Assembly (NCBI GenBank): GCA_965217185.1
Contig: OZ244252.1
Span: 2,688,001 to 2,752,000, forward strand
Reading direction: 5' to 3'
Length of the DNA stretch: 64,000 nucleotides
Origin: an uncultured Candidatus Entotheonella sp.
GTDB lineage: Bacteria; Tectomicrobia; Entotheonellia; Entotheonellales; Entotheonellaceae
A program made the translations under genes and the position numbers. The notes beneath the pieces were generated by a model, which ran no database searches, was not told the origin of the DNA, and saw nothing but the letters and a program-made list of their open reading frames with translations. This document shows, in pieces, positions 42,837 through 56,480 of the stretch (positions are counted from its first letter, which is position 1; every line of letters starts with the position of its first letter).

Positions 42837-43574
42837 ATGGAAAACCAGACCGTGACAGACAACTCGACAGCCGTCCTTGCGTTCGACGCCGTGAGCAAGA
42901 CTTACGCGGCCCCAAGCGGCGAGCCGCGGCACGTTCTGCACGACGTGTCCTTCGAGGCACCGGCGGGCCGCCGCATCGCCATCGTGGGACGCAGCGGCAG
43001 CGGCAAGTCCACCCTGCTGCACCTCGCCGCCGGCATCGACGTGCCCACGCGCGGCGACGTCCGGGTGATGGGCCGCTCTCTGGCCGCGATGTCCGAAACC
43101 GCCCGCACCACCCTGCGGCGCGATCACGTCGGCCTCGTCTTCCAGTTCTTCTACCTCATGCCGCACCTTTCGGTGCACGATAACGTCGCCCTGCCGGCCC
43201 TCATCGCCGGCGACAAGCCACGCCACTTCGAGCCCCGCGTGGCGCAGCTTCTGGACCGCGTTGGTCTGAGTGACCGCTCCCACGACCGGGTACAAAAGCT
43301 CTCCGGCGGCGAGATGCAGCGCGTCGCCATTTGCCGCGCCCTGATGCGCCGACCCCACCTGCTGCTCGCCGACGAACCCACGGGCAACCTCGACGACGAG
43401 AACGGCTGGCGCGTCATGGAATTGATGCTGTCGCTGGTCGCCGAGGAAGGCGGCACCCTCATCTTCGTGACCCACAGCCGCGAGGTGTCCGGCCTGGCGG
43501 ACGAGGTCTGGCGCCTGCACAGCGGCGTCCTGAGCCCATACGCCGAGGCGCCCGCCGCTCCCAATCCGTCATGA
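42837..43574 (+). CDS. LolD/MacB-like ABC ATP-binding protein
   Basis: GRSGSGKST, LSGGEMQRVA, LADEPTGNLD. Confidence 0.94.
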   Translation: MENQTVTDNSTAVLAFDAVSKTYAAPSGEPRHVLHDVSFEAPAGRRIAIVGRSGSGKSTLLHLAAGIDVPTRGDVRVMGRSLAAMSETARTTLRRDHVGLVFQFFYLMPHLSVHDNVALPALIAGDKPRHFEPRVAQLLDRVGLSDRSHDRVQKLSGGEMQRVAICRALMRRPHLLLADEPTGNLDDENGWRVMELMLSLVAEEGGTLIFVTHSREVSGLADEVWRLHSGVLSPYAEAPAAPNPS

Positions 43575-46102
43575 TGCGACGCTATTTCACCACTGCCATG
43601 ACGGCCCACCTGCGAGCCGGCGGCAGCCTCTACCTGCTCACCATTCTCGGCGTCGCCCTCGGTGTGGCCGCGGTGCTGTCGATTCAGATCATCAACCGCA
43701 ACGCCATTGCCGCCTTTTCGGGCAGCGTCAAGGCGGTCAGCGGCGAGGCTGATCTCAGCGTGCTCGGCTACACGCCGAGCTTCCCTGAAGACCTCTATCC
43801 GCGCGTCCTGTCAACGCCCGGCGTGCAGGCGGCCTGGCCGTTGTGGCGCGCCGCCGTGGCCTTGTCGGGCCATGATGACGGCGGCATGCTCGACCTCATC
43901 GGCGTCGATTTCTTCACCCCGGTCGACATCCCTTGGCAAGGCGAGCCGGGCGACCCGGCGGTGGCCCTCAGCCAGCCGGGCTGGGTGGCCCTGACGCCGC
44001 TCCTGGCCGAGCAGATGGGCTGGCGCGCCGGCGACGCCTTCATGGTGTCGCGGGGCTCCCGTCTGGTGCGTCTGACGGTCGGCGCGCTGGTCGATTTCCA
44101 CGCCCTCAATCCGCTGGCCAGCCCTAAACTGGCGGTTATGGACATCGCCCAGGCACAAAGCCTGTTCGGCGATGCCGGTGCCATCCATCAGATCGACGTC
44201 AAGCTTGTCGACGGCGCCGACGCCGACGCCATGCGGGCGCGCCTGCAAGAGCACCTCGGCCCGGGCGTGCGGGTGGTGACGCCGGAACAGCGGGAAGCGC
44301 AGGCCAAGGGTTTGCTGTCGGCGTTTCAGCTCAATCTCACCGCGCTCAGCCTCATCAGCCTGTTCGTCGGCGTGTTTCTCGTCTACAGCAGCACCCAGGC
44401 GGCCCTGGTGCGGCGGCGCGTGGAACTCGGCCTGCTGCGCTCGCTGGGCGCCACGCGTCGCCAGGTATTCGCGCTCATCATCACCGAGGTCGGCCTGTTG
44501 GGCGGCCTTGGCGCCGCGCTCGGCCTGCCGCTGGGCTATGGGGTGGCGCAGGCCAACGTGCGCGTCGTCAGCGCCACGCTCAGCAATCTTTATCTGCTGG
44601 AAGAGATCGCCCGTCTGGAGATGACGACGTGGCTGTATGCCCTCGGCATCGTCATTGGCGTCGGCGGCGCCGTGGTCGGGGCGCTGCTGCCCGCCCTCGA
44701 CATGGCGCGCCGCGATACCCGAGCGCTGCTGTCGGCCTTCACGCTGCACGAAACCGTCGGCAGCCTGGCGCCGCGCCTGTTCGCCCTCGGCGTGGCGCTG
44801 CCGCTGACGGCGGCGGCCTGGTATGGCCTGCATGGCCGCCACTGGCAGCACGCCGGCTTCGTGCTCGCCGTGGTGCTGCTGCTCACCCTGCCGCTGCTGA
44901 CCCCACTGCTGGTGCGCGAACTATGCGCCCGCGTTCGAGTGCGGGGCTTCGGGCTTGGTTACAGCCTGAAGGGGCTCGGTGTGCGGTTGCAAACGACCTC
45001 GGTGGCAGTAGCGTCGTTGGCGGTGGCGGTCAGCATGCTGATCGGCATTACCCTGATGATCGGCAGCTTTCGCCAGACCCTCAGCGTGTGGATCGGCACC
45101 TCGATTCAAGCGGACGTGTACATCGCCCCGGCTTCGTGGCGCGGCACCGGCAGCGACGGCGGCCTGGAGCCACACGTCATGGCCACCGTCACGGGGCATC
45201 CGGCGGTGCAGGCCGTCGACCGCCTGCGGCGTTTCCACGGCTACACGGGCGACAGGCGCATTACCATTTCCGGCGTCGAGATGGACTTGAGGCAGGGGCT
45301 CAGCCGCTTTCCCTTTCTGCCCGGTGCACTGCCGAACCCGTACGCGGCGGTGCGCGAGCGCCATGGCCTTTTCATCGGCGAGACCCTGGCTCGGAAAGCG
45401 GGTGTGTGGGTTGGCGATGCCCTGTCCATTCACACGCCAACCGGGGTGCAGAATTTCCCCGTCGTGGCCGTCTACTACGATTACAGTGCCGGTGACGGCG
45501 CCGTGGCCATGGACCTGCGTACCATGGAGCAAGCGTTCGGCCCGGGTCCTGTTAGCAGCACCGCCCTATATCTGCGGCCCGGCGCTGACGCGGCCGCCGT
45601 GGTGGCCGAACTACAGGCTGCACTGCCGGACGCACCGCTGGAGATGCGGAGCAACCGGCGCCTGCGCGACGAGGTGCTTGCCATCTTCGACCAGACGTTC
45701 GCCATCACGCGCCTGCTGCAATTCATGAGCCTGCTCATCGCCGTCTGCGGCATCGCCCTCATGCTGCTGGTGCTGGCGCGCGAGCAGGCCTCGGAGTTGG
45801 CGCTGTGCCGCTCGCTCGGTGCCAGAGGGCGGCAACTCTTCGGCGTCTTCGTGGGTAAGGGCCTCAGCATGGGCGTCATGGGACTGGCGCTGGGCAGCGT
45901 CGGCGGGGTGCTGCTGGCCGGGCTGCTGATCTACGTCATCAACCGCGCGTATTTTGGCTGGACGATCCAACCATACGCGGACTGGGGCCTGATCGCTCAG
46001 CAGGCCGCGACCATCCTCGGCGCCGCCGTGCTGGCGAGCCTGTATCCGGCGTTCCGCGCCCGGCAGACCAGCGCAGCGGCGCTGAGCCGGGACGATTTGT
46101 AG
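43571..46102 (+). CDS. FtsX/MacB-like ABC permease (double FtsX, AttF/G-like)
   Basis: ILGVALGVA, VMDIAQAQ, LLRSLGA, IFDQTFAIT, INRAYFGWT. Confidence 0.92.
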   Translation: MMRRYFTTAMTAHLRAGGSLYLLTILGVALGVAAVLSIQIINRNAIAAFSGSVKAVSGEADLSVLGYTPSFPEDLYPRVLSTPGVQAAWPLWRAAVALSGHDDGGMLDLIGVDFFTPVDIPWQGEPGDPAVALSQPGWVALTPLLAEQMGWRAGDAFMVSRGSRLVRLTVGALVDFHALNPLASPKLAVMDIAQAQSLFGDAGAIHQIDVKLVDGADADAMRARLQEHLGPGVRVVTPEQREAQAKGLLSAFQLNLTALSLISLFVGVFLVYSSTQAALVRRRVELGLLRSLGATRRQVFALIITEVGLLGGLGAALGLPLGYGVAQANVRVVSATLSNLYLLEEIARLEMTTWLYALGIVIGVGGAVVGALLPALDMARRDTRALLSAFTLHETVGSLAPRLFALGVALPLTAAAWYGLHGRHWQHAGFVLAVVLLLTLPLLTPLLVRELCARVRVRGFGLGYSLKGLGVRLQTTSVAVASLAVAVSMLIGITLMIGSFRQTLSVWIGTSIQADVYIAPASWRGTGSDGGLEPHVMATVTGHPAVQAVDRLRRFHGYTGDRRITISGVEMDLRQGLSRFPFLPGALPNPYAAVRERHGLFIGETLARKAGVWVGDALSIHTPTGVQNFPVVAVYYDYSAGDGAVAMDLRTMEQAFGPGPVSSTALYLRPGADAAAVVAELQAALPDAPLEMRSNRRLRDEVLAIFDQTFAITRLLQFMSLLIAVCGIALMLLVLAREQASELALCRSLGARGRQLFGVFVGKGLSMGVMGLALGSVGGVLLAGLLIYVINRAYFGWTIQPYADWGLIAQQAATILGAAVLASLYPAFRARQTSAAALSRDDL

Positions 46103-46116
46103 CTGGAGGATTGACG

Positions 46117-47226
46117 GTGAAACGGGTACTCATCGCGCTACTGATCCTCGGCGTCTTGAATCCGGCGGCAGCCAACGACTGGAAAACGGCGCAACCAGAT
46201 TATGCCTGGTCGTTCCCGCGCGACCACTGGGCGCACGCGGGTTACAAAACGGAATGGTGGTACTTCACCGGCCACCTGACGTCGGAAGACGGACGCCGCT
46301 TCGGCTACCAGTTCACCTTCTTCCGCGTCGGCGTGCTGCCGACGGCGCCGGACACGAATTCCGCCTGGACGGCCCGCGACCTGATCATGGGCCACGCCGC
46401 GATCAGCGACCTGGGCCGCAACGAGCACCGCTTCAGCGAGGTGATCTACCGCGCCGTCCCACTGCTGGGCGGCTTCGGGGACTGGCCCGAGCCGCTGATC
46501 GCCTGGAGCCGGCCGCCGGCCGGCACGCCCGGCAAATGGCGGCTGTCGTGGAACGGCAGCGGTTTCGATTTCGACATGCGCGACGATGCGCAAGCCATGT
46601 CCTTCTCGCTGTCCACACGGCCCGGCAAGCCGCTCATCTTTCAAGGCCCCAACGGCTATAGCCGCAAAACGCAGTCCGGCACCGGCGCCAGCCTGTACTA
46701 TAGCTTCACCCGGCTGCAAACCAGCGGTCAACTGAGCCTCGACGGCCAGACGTGGCAGGTCACCGGCGAAAGCTGGATGGACAAGGAATTCTTCACCAGC
46801 GTCCTGGCGCCGCACCAGCTCGGCTGGGATTGGTTCAGCCTGCAGCTCGACGACCGCCGCGAGGTCATGCTCTTTCTCCTGCGGCGCGAGGACGGCACCA
46901 CCGACTTCGCCAGCGGCACGGTCGTACACCCGGACGGCAGCACCACCTACCTCGACGGCAGCGCCTTCGCCGTCGCCAGCCAGGCGCATTGGCAAAGCCC
47001 GCACACTGAAGGCATTTACCCGTCGCGCTGGCGACTGTCGATTCCGCAGGAACAGCTTGATCTGGAAGTAATCGTCGAGATGGCCGATCAGGAAAACCGC
47101 AGCCGCCTGATCGGCACGCTGCATTACTGGGAGGGGGCCGTGAGGCTACTGCAGGACGGCCAGCCGGTGGGCAAAGGCTATGTGGAACTCACCGGCTACG
47201 GCACCTCCAGCCGGCCGGCTCTGTAA
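46117..47226 (+). CDS. AttH/CrtC-like secreted lipocalin-domain protein
   Basis: Signal peptide; FPRDH, EWWYFTG, SLYYS, WMDKE, WDWFSLQL, YWEG, GYVELTGY. Confidence 0.92.
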   Translation: MKRVLIALLILGVLNPAAANDWKTAQPDYAWSFPRDHWAHAGYKTEWWYFTGHLTSEDGRRFGYQFTFFRVGVLPTAPDTNSAWTARDLIMGHAAISDLGRNEHRFSEVIYRAVPLLGGFGDWPEPLIAWSRPPAGTPGKWRLSWNGSGFDFDMRDDAQAMSFSLSTRPGKPLIFQGPNGYSRKTQSGTGASLYYSFTRLQTSGQLSLDGQTWQVTGESWMDKEFFTSVLAPHQLGWDWFSLQLDDRREVMLFLLRREDGTTDFASGTVVHPDGSTTYLDGSAFAVASQAHWQSPHTEGIYPSRWRLSIPQEQLDLEVIVEMADQENRSRLIGTLHYWEGAVRLLQDGQPVGKGYVELTGYGTSSRPAL

Positions 47227-47279
47227 GGATGCCGGCGCTTGACCAGATGCCCCACAGATTCAACATCTGGAGGAAATCA

Positions 47280-48842
47280 ATGATAAATTCGTTTCGTAGA
47301 TGTTGGACCTGGCTTGGGGAAAAAACGAACTTCAACTCTGTGATGGCCCTTGCGACAGTAGCCCTCGCGCTTATAGCTTTAGCAACTCTATTCATAAGCC
47401 TAATTCCGCCGAGCGACAAGGTTTCCCTTTCGTTAGAAGAATTCCAGGTCGCATTGGAAAGGCGAGGGCGAGAGGTGGAGGAACGGCTTGTCCGGGTACA
47501 TGACAACGAGCGTACCCGGCTGCAGAACGAGTTGATAGAGGTCAAGCGACAACTTTCCAATATCGACGCGGCATACGCCAATGCGTTGACGAAAATCCGT
47601 GAACTAGAATCGGCGGTCGCCCGTCTCGGTGACGGCGTCGGCCACTACCGGCTTGCAGAGATTCGCGCGGCAATAGAGGCTTTCGATTTCTCGAAGGCCG
47701 ACACTCTGCTGGCAGAGGTCGAAGACAGTGCTGAGGTAGCTGTCGGGCGAGCCGCTGAAGCAGCTTTCCAGCGAGGAGAAATCGCTGTCCTCCGAATCAG
47801 ATGGGACAAAGCCGCCACGCACTTTGACAAGGCAGCTCGACTTTCGCCGACCTATGACTATCTCAATCAAGCTGGACAGTTCGCAATGCGTGCGGCACGG
47901 TATGGAACGGCGCGCGGTCATTTCGCAAGATTGTTGGAACTCTCCCGTCACGAGCATGGGGAAAGGTCTCCCGAAACCGCCGCAGTGCTCAGCAATCTCG
48001 CTGGTCTCCTTCAAGCGACCGGGCAGTATAAGGAGGCGGAACCGCTATTTCGGCAGGCGGTGGAGGTTATTCGAGAGACACTTGGCGAGAAGGATCCAAA
48101 TTACGCCACGGTGCTCAACAACTTCGCCCTTCTTCTTCATGACACCGGGCAGTATGAGGAGGCGGAACCGCTGTTCCGACAGGCACTATAAATCGGCCAG
48201 AAGACCCTCGGGGAAGAGCATCCTTACTATGCTGCCAGACTCAACAACCTTGCCAACCTCCTTCGTGCTACCGAACGATATGACGAGGCGGAACCGCTGT
48301 ATCGGAAGGCGCTGGAACTCGCCCGAAAGAACCTTGGCGACGAACATCCTGAGTATGCCACCGGACTCAACAATCTCGCCGGTCTCCTACAAGCTACCGG
48401 GAATTATGAAGAGGCGGAACGACTGTATCGGCAAGCGTTGAAGATCAGCCGAGAGACCCTGGGAGAGAAGCACCCGGAGTACGCCTCCAGACTCAACAAC
48501 CTCGCTGCTCTCTCTTATAGAACCGGCCGGTATGATGAGGCAGAACTGCTGTATCGGCAGGTTCAGAAGATCATCGAAGAAACCCTCGGACCGAACCATC
48601 CCTACTACCTCACAACGCTCAATAACCTCGCCAAACTCTTTAATGCTACCAGACGATATGACGAGGCCAAAGCAACTTTCCGGCAAGCACTAGAGATTGC
48701 CCGATCGGTAATGGGGGATTCCCATCTGAACACGATGCGATTAGCAGGAAGCTATATGCGGCTTCTAAATGAGCAGTTTCCCGACGACCCGGCGCTGGAC
48801 GAGTTGGAAGTCGTGTTTGGCGAGAATGTTGGTCGTAACTGA
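47280..48842 (+). pseudogene. Membrane-anchored protein with 42-aa kinesin-light-chain-like TPR repeats, in-frame TAA at 48189-48191
   Basis: RBS GGAGG; LNNLA..L...G.Y.EAEPL.RQAL repeats at 126-bp period; ORFs 47229..48191 and 48438..48842 share one frame. Confidence 0.9.
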
Positions 48843-48871
48843 CTTGGTGCAACGGGAATTAGGAGCTACAG

Positions 48872-49474
48872 ATGAACTTCCTCGCCCATTGCCTGCTGGC
48901 CTGGCCCGGCCAGGGTTGGACCGCTGGTGGGGTGCTCGGTGATTTTGTGAAGGGGCGGGTACCCGAATCGTTACCGGCGGAACTGCGCGCCGGTATCCGC
49001 CTGCACCGGCGCCTTGATGCATTTTGCAATCATCTTGTCGACATGAAGCCCAGCGTCGCGCGGTTCGGCGCCGAATTGCGACGGGCCGCGCCGGTGCTGC
49101 TCGACATCGTGGCGGATCACTGTCTGGCGCTGACGTGGCCGCGCTACGCTGACGTCCCGATCGCCGATTTTACCGCCGAGGTCTACGCCGCCTTGCGCCG
49201 CTTCGACGCCTACGTGCCCGACGGAGGCAGGCCGTTCATCGAGCGCATGATCGACACCGACCTGCTAGCGCGATATGCCGAGCCGACCGTGCGCGACCGT
49301 GCCCTGCAGTACATCCTGAGCCGCTTGCGGATCACCCATCTCAGCCCCAAGCTCGCTTCGCTCCTCGACGCCCAACTCCCCGCCTTTGTCGAGGACTTTC
49401 ATGGGTACTTTCCGAAGTTGCAAGCCTTCGCCGCGGCCGAGCGACAACGCTGCCTCGACGGCGGTAGTACGTAG
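48872..49474 (+). CDS. acpH: Acyl carrier protein phosphodiesterase (AcpH/DUF479)
   Basis: MNFLAH, GDFVKG, GIRLHRRLDAF, LDIVADHCLA. Confidence 0.9.
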   Translation: MNFLAHCLLAWPGQGWTAGGVLGDFVKGRVPESLPAELRAGIRLHRRLDAFCNHLVDMKPSVARFGAELRRAAPVLLDIVADHCLALTWPRYADVPIADFTAEVYAALRRFDAYVPDGGRPFIERMIDTDLLARYAEPTVRDRALQYILSRLRITHLSPKLASLLDAQLPAFVEDFHGYFPKLQAFAAAERQRCLDGGST

Positions 49475-49582
49475 GGCAACCCTATCTTTGACACCGAGAT
49501 TGGGGATGTCCGACGCAGGCAGTTCGCAGCAGCGATGAGCAGGCTTGCCGCTGCCTTTATCGCGTTCCAGACACAGCGGCAA

Positions 49583-49915
49583 TCACTTGGAGAAAAAAAG
49601 CACCTTAATCGCGGCCCCGAGAACGGCAAGCGCGATGGGGGTATACATGATGACCAGCATCGTACGCAGGTCATCGAATCGCTTCTCCAGGCTGTCAAAG
49701 CGCTGATTCACACTCCGGTTCATGTCATCGAAGCGCTGGTTCACACTCCGGTTCATGTCATCGAAGCGCTGGTTGACGTGCGCGAAGCCTTCCTCCATGC
49801 GCTTTTCAAGGCTATAAAACCGCTCGTCGGTACGCTCTATCACGTGGTCAAAACGTTCATCTACACGCTTGGCGTACTCGTCGAAATGCGCTTTGTTGAC
49901 AGATTCTTCGGCCAC
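49583..49915 (-). CDS. Small coiled-coil protein with 11-aa repeats and C-terminal TM anchor
   Basis: NQRFDDMNRSV repeats encoded by a 33-bp tandem repeat (~49698-49774); RBS GGAGAAG. Confidence 0.8.
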   Translation of the reverse strand: MAEESVNKAHFDEYAKRVDERFDHVIERTDERFYSLEKRMEEGFAHVNQRFDDMNRSVNQRFDDMNRSVNQRFDSLEKRFDDLRTMLVIMYTPIALAVLGAAIKVLFFSK

Positions 49916-49967
49916 GTCACTTCTCCTTCACGACCGCCCCCGGATGCTCAAACCCCTTAGCGTTGCT

Positions 49968-49997
49968 GTCGGATTACGCTGCGCTAATCCGACCTAC
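49968..49997 (-). repeat. GTAG-type REP element, copy 3
   Basis: GTCGGATTACGCTGCGCTAATCCGACCTAC. Confidence 0.85.
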
Positions 49998-50016
49998 AGT
50001 TGGATACGGGAAAGCT

Positions 50017-50868
50017 CTAATCCAGCACCAGCGGCGTGTCGTCGCGGTTGGCCCACTCGTTCATCGAGCCGTCGTAGTTGCGGACCTGTGGGTAGCCGAG
50101 AAGCCTCAACACAAACATTCCGTGCGCCGCACGGATGCCACCTTGTCAATACGTAATGATCCTCTTGTCCGGCGTCACGCCGCGCTCCGCCAGGATGGCC
50201 CGCATCTTGTCGGTGGGCAGGAAGCTGCGGGCGCGGTCGGTGTCCATCAGGTCCGTCCACTCCAGGTGAACGGCGCCGGGGATGTGCCCGGACCGGCTAT
50301 TGCCGCGGTCGTTGCTGCCGTCCCATTCTGCCGGCGAGCGCACGTCCAGGAAGATGGTGTCCGGGTCGCCAACCGCGGCCAGCCCGTCCTCAAGGGTGCA
50401 GACCCAATCCGGCTGGCGTTGCGGTGCCCACTTGGTGTCTCGGGCCGATGGGGGATCGATCGACAGCGGCCGCCCTTCGTCGAACCACTTGCGCCAGCCG
50501 CCGTTCAGCACCTTGACGTTGGTGTGGCCGTAAAGACCCAGTACCCACCAGAAGCGCGCGGCGTACAGGCTAGCCGACTGGTCGTAGGTGACAACGGTGG
50601 TGTTCTCGTCGATGCCCATGCGCATCATCAGATCGGTGAACGGCTCTTGCGGCATGACCAGCGGGTGCGCCTTGGGCGCCCGCTCGTAGCCGGATTCCTT
50701 GACGTAATGATGCGGGGCCATGATGGCGGCGGCGTTGCGGATATGGCCGCGGCGGTATTCCATGAACTGGTCGCAATCCACGACGCGTACGTTGGGGTCG
50801 TCCAGATGGTCCCCCAGCCACTCCGTGTCGCAAAGAAGCTCGGGGTGGGCGTAGCCTTCTGCGGTCAT
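50017..50868 (-). CDS. Two-domain rhodanese/SseA-type sulfurtransferase, probable selenoprotein (UGA at 50146-50148 = Sec)
   Basis: [28 protein letters not shown], then IITY-TGA-QGGIRAA...[16 protein letters not shown]...TAG; TGA sits at the catalytic Cys position; 283 aa on readthrough. Confidence 0.88.
50116..50137 (-). promoter_or_regulatory. Bacterial SECIS-like hairpin
   Basis: CATCCGTGC-GGC-GCACGGAATG; loop begins with G, 17 nt after the UGA. Confidence 0.7.
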
Positions 50869-50956
50869 CTTCTTACCTCCAGAGTGAGTGTTTGTTTCAA
50901 TCCGCTCCCCCAACGATGAAGGGGGAGACTCCTGGTTGCCAGCCCCGCGCCTCGGA

Positions 50957-54556
<3,600 letters not shown>

Positions 54557-54646
54557 GCGGTAGGGTTCTCCGTTCGGAGCGTGTGAGGGAGGCCAAAACG
54601 AGGGGTGCCAGTATAAGCGCCTCGGGTTATCAGGTCCAGACGGGCG

Positions 54647-55804
54647 TCACGCTGAGTTTCCAAACCGCTCCGGCCGAAACGGCGCTAGCACCTCCACCCT
54701 CGCCCCATGCGCGATTTCAATCGCCGCGAAGGCGCCGATCAACGGCGTCAGCGTCACTCCGCTGTGGGTCGTGGCAACGTACACGTTGGCCACCTCCGGC
54801 GCGAATCCGACGATGGACCTGCCGTCCTGCGGAATCGGCCGCCGGCCGCGCCGAACCTCAGCGATCTTGATGTCGCGCAGCATCGGCATGACGGCCCTCG
54901 CGTCGGCGGCAATCTGCGCCGCCTCCGCGTCCGTGGCACCGCGGTCGCCCTCCTGGGTGTTGTCCGGCGCGCCGCTTTGTATCATGACTGCCCCGTCGGG
55001 CAACTGGCGCACGTTGATTAGGGGCTGCCGTTCACGCGGCGAGTGCAGCAAAGCGATATTCTTGAACAGCGGCGGCAGCGGTTGCGTCAGCAGTGTGGCC
55101 CCGAACGTGTGGTAGTGCGGCACCTGTATGCCGGCCATTTCCGCCAGCGCCGGCATGTCGGCCCCACCGACCAGCACGACAGCATCGCAGGGCACCACGT
55201 CGTCGCCGATCCGCACCGCTTCGGCCCACGCCACGCCCGCGCGGCTGCGGTCGATTTCGACACCCGTTATCGCCGACCCAGTGCGTAACACCGCGCCCCG
55301 TTCACGCGCCGTTGCAAGGCACGCTTCCACCACCGCGGCGGTATCGACGTGCCCGTCGCTGTATGTGTACGAGGCAGCGGTAAACGCATCGAATTGCAAA
55401 TCCGGCTCCAACTGCCGCACTTCGTCGGCGTTCAGGATGCGCGTCGGATAGCCCCACGCTTGCAGCGCTTCTGCCTGTGCGGTCAACGCCGCAGCGCCGG
55501 CATCAGTCGCCGCCCAGCGCAATTCGCCGCCCCAGGTGACGTCGATCCCCAAACGGCGCGCGAAACCGGCCCACATGTCGATCGACCGGCGGTTGAGATC
55601 GTGGTACGAAAACGGCGTCTTGCCGTAGGCATTCAGCCACGCGAACGCCACCCGCGTCGCCCCCTCGCCCGGCTGGCCGGCATCGACAATCGTCACCCGT
55701 GCGCCATGCAAGGTGAGGTGATAAGCGATCGAGGCGCCCAGAATTCCCGCTCCAACAACGACGACATGCAACTTACGGCCCCCTTTCCCGGTGTTTTGGC
55801 TCAC
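54647..55804 (-). CDS. FAD-dependent oxidoreductase, DAO/glycine oxidase family
   Basis: VVVGAGILG, RPIPQDG, THSGVTL. Confidence 0.9.
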   Translation of the reverse strand: MSQNTGKGGRKLHVVVVGAGILGASIAYHLTLHGARVTIVDAGQPGEGATRVAFAWLNAYGKTPFSYHDLNRRSIDMWAGFARRLGIDVTWGGELRWAATDAGAAALTAQAEALQAWGYPTRILNADEVRQLEPDLQFDAFTAASYTYSDGHVDTAAVVEACLATARERGAVLRTGSAITGVEIDRSRAGVAWAEAVRIGDDVVPCDAVVLVGGADMPALAEMAGIQVPHYHTFGATLLTQPLPPLFKNIALLHSPRERQPLINVRQLPDGAVMIQSGAPDNTQEGDRGATDAEAAQIAADARAVMPMLRDIKIAEVRRGRRPIPQDGRSIVGFAPEVANVYVATTHSGVTLTPLIGAFAAIEIAHGARVEVLAPFRPERFGNSA

Positions 55805-55895
55805 GTCTGACCTGTCCCCTCCGTGCTGTCCCACGGACTGAATGTCGCCGCATGCTACGTTTGTCCCGCGAGCCGGTCAACCAGCCCCGGCGCGC

Positions 55896-55924
55896 TTGAA
55901 ATGGCCTTCTGATGTGCCTATGCT
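55896..55924 (+). promoter_or_regulatory. Candidate sigma70 promoter
   Basis: TTGAAA-17 bp-TATGCT upstream of 55988. Confidence 0.5.
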
Positions 55925-55987
55925 GTGGCCTCATCCGGCGGCGCTGTGCTGCCGTCATCCATCCGACGTGAAAGGGAGAAAAGGGTC

Positions 55988-56419
55988 ATGAGCGAAGAGA
56001 ACCAGCCGCGTCAACTGGCCGACTGGATGGTCGAGCACATGGAGGCGTATCTCGCCACCAACGGCGAGGACGGACACGTGTGGCGGGGCGTGCCGACGCT
56101 GCTGCTGACCACCACCGGGCGTCGCTCCGACAGGTCGCTGATGCTGCCCCTCATCTACGGCACCCACGGCGATCATTATGTGGTGGTGGCCTCGAAGGGC
56201 GGGAACCCGCAGCATCCCGGCTGGTACGTCAACCTCGTCGCGGAACCCACCGTGCAGGTGCAGGTGGGCGCCGAGCGCTTCACGGCCCGCGCCCGAACCG
56301 CTTCAGGTGACGAGCGCGCCGCCTTGTGGGATCGTATGGCCGAAATCTGGCCGCCTTACAATGAGTATCAGACCAAGACCGAACGGGAGATTCCGGTCGT
56401 CGTGCTGGAGCGAGTTTGA
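55988..56419 (+). CDS. Deazaflavin (F420)-dependent nitroreductase family protein (Ddn-like)
   Basis: LLLTTTGRRS, VVASKGG, PGWYVNL, YQTKTEREIPVVVL. Confidence 0.93.
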   Translation: MSEENQPRQLADWMVEHMEAYLATNGEDGHVWRGVPTLLLTTTGRRSDRSLMLPLIYGTHGDHYVVVASKGGNPQHPGWYVNLVAEPTVQVQVGAERFTARARTASGDERAALWDRMAEIWPPYNEYQTKTEREIPVVVLERV

Positions 56420-56433
56420 CAGAAAGCGGACAT

Positions 56434-56463
56434 GTCGGATTACGCTGCGCTAATCCGGCCTAC
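56434..56463 (-). repeat. GTAG-type REP element, copy 4
   Basis: GTCGGATTACGCTGCGCTAATCCGGCCTAC. Confidence 0.85.
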
Positions 56464-56480
56464 ATTACATGGAGATGAAA

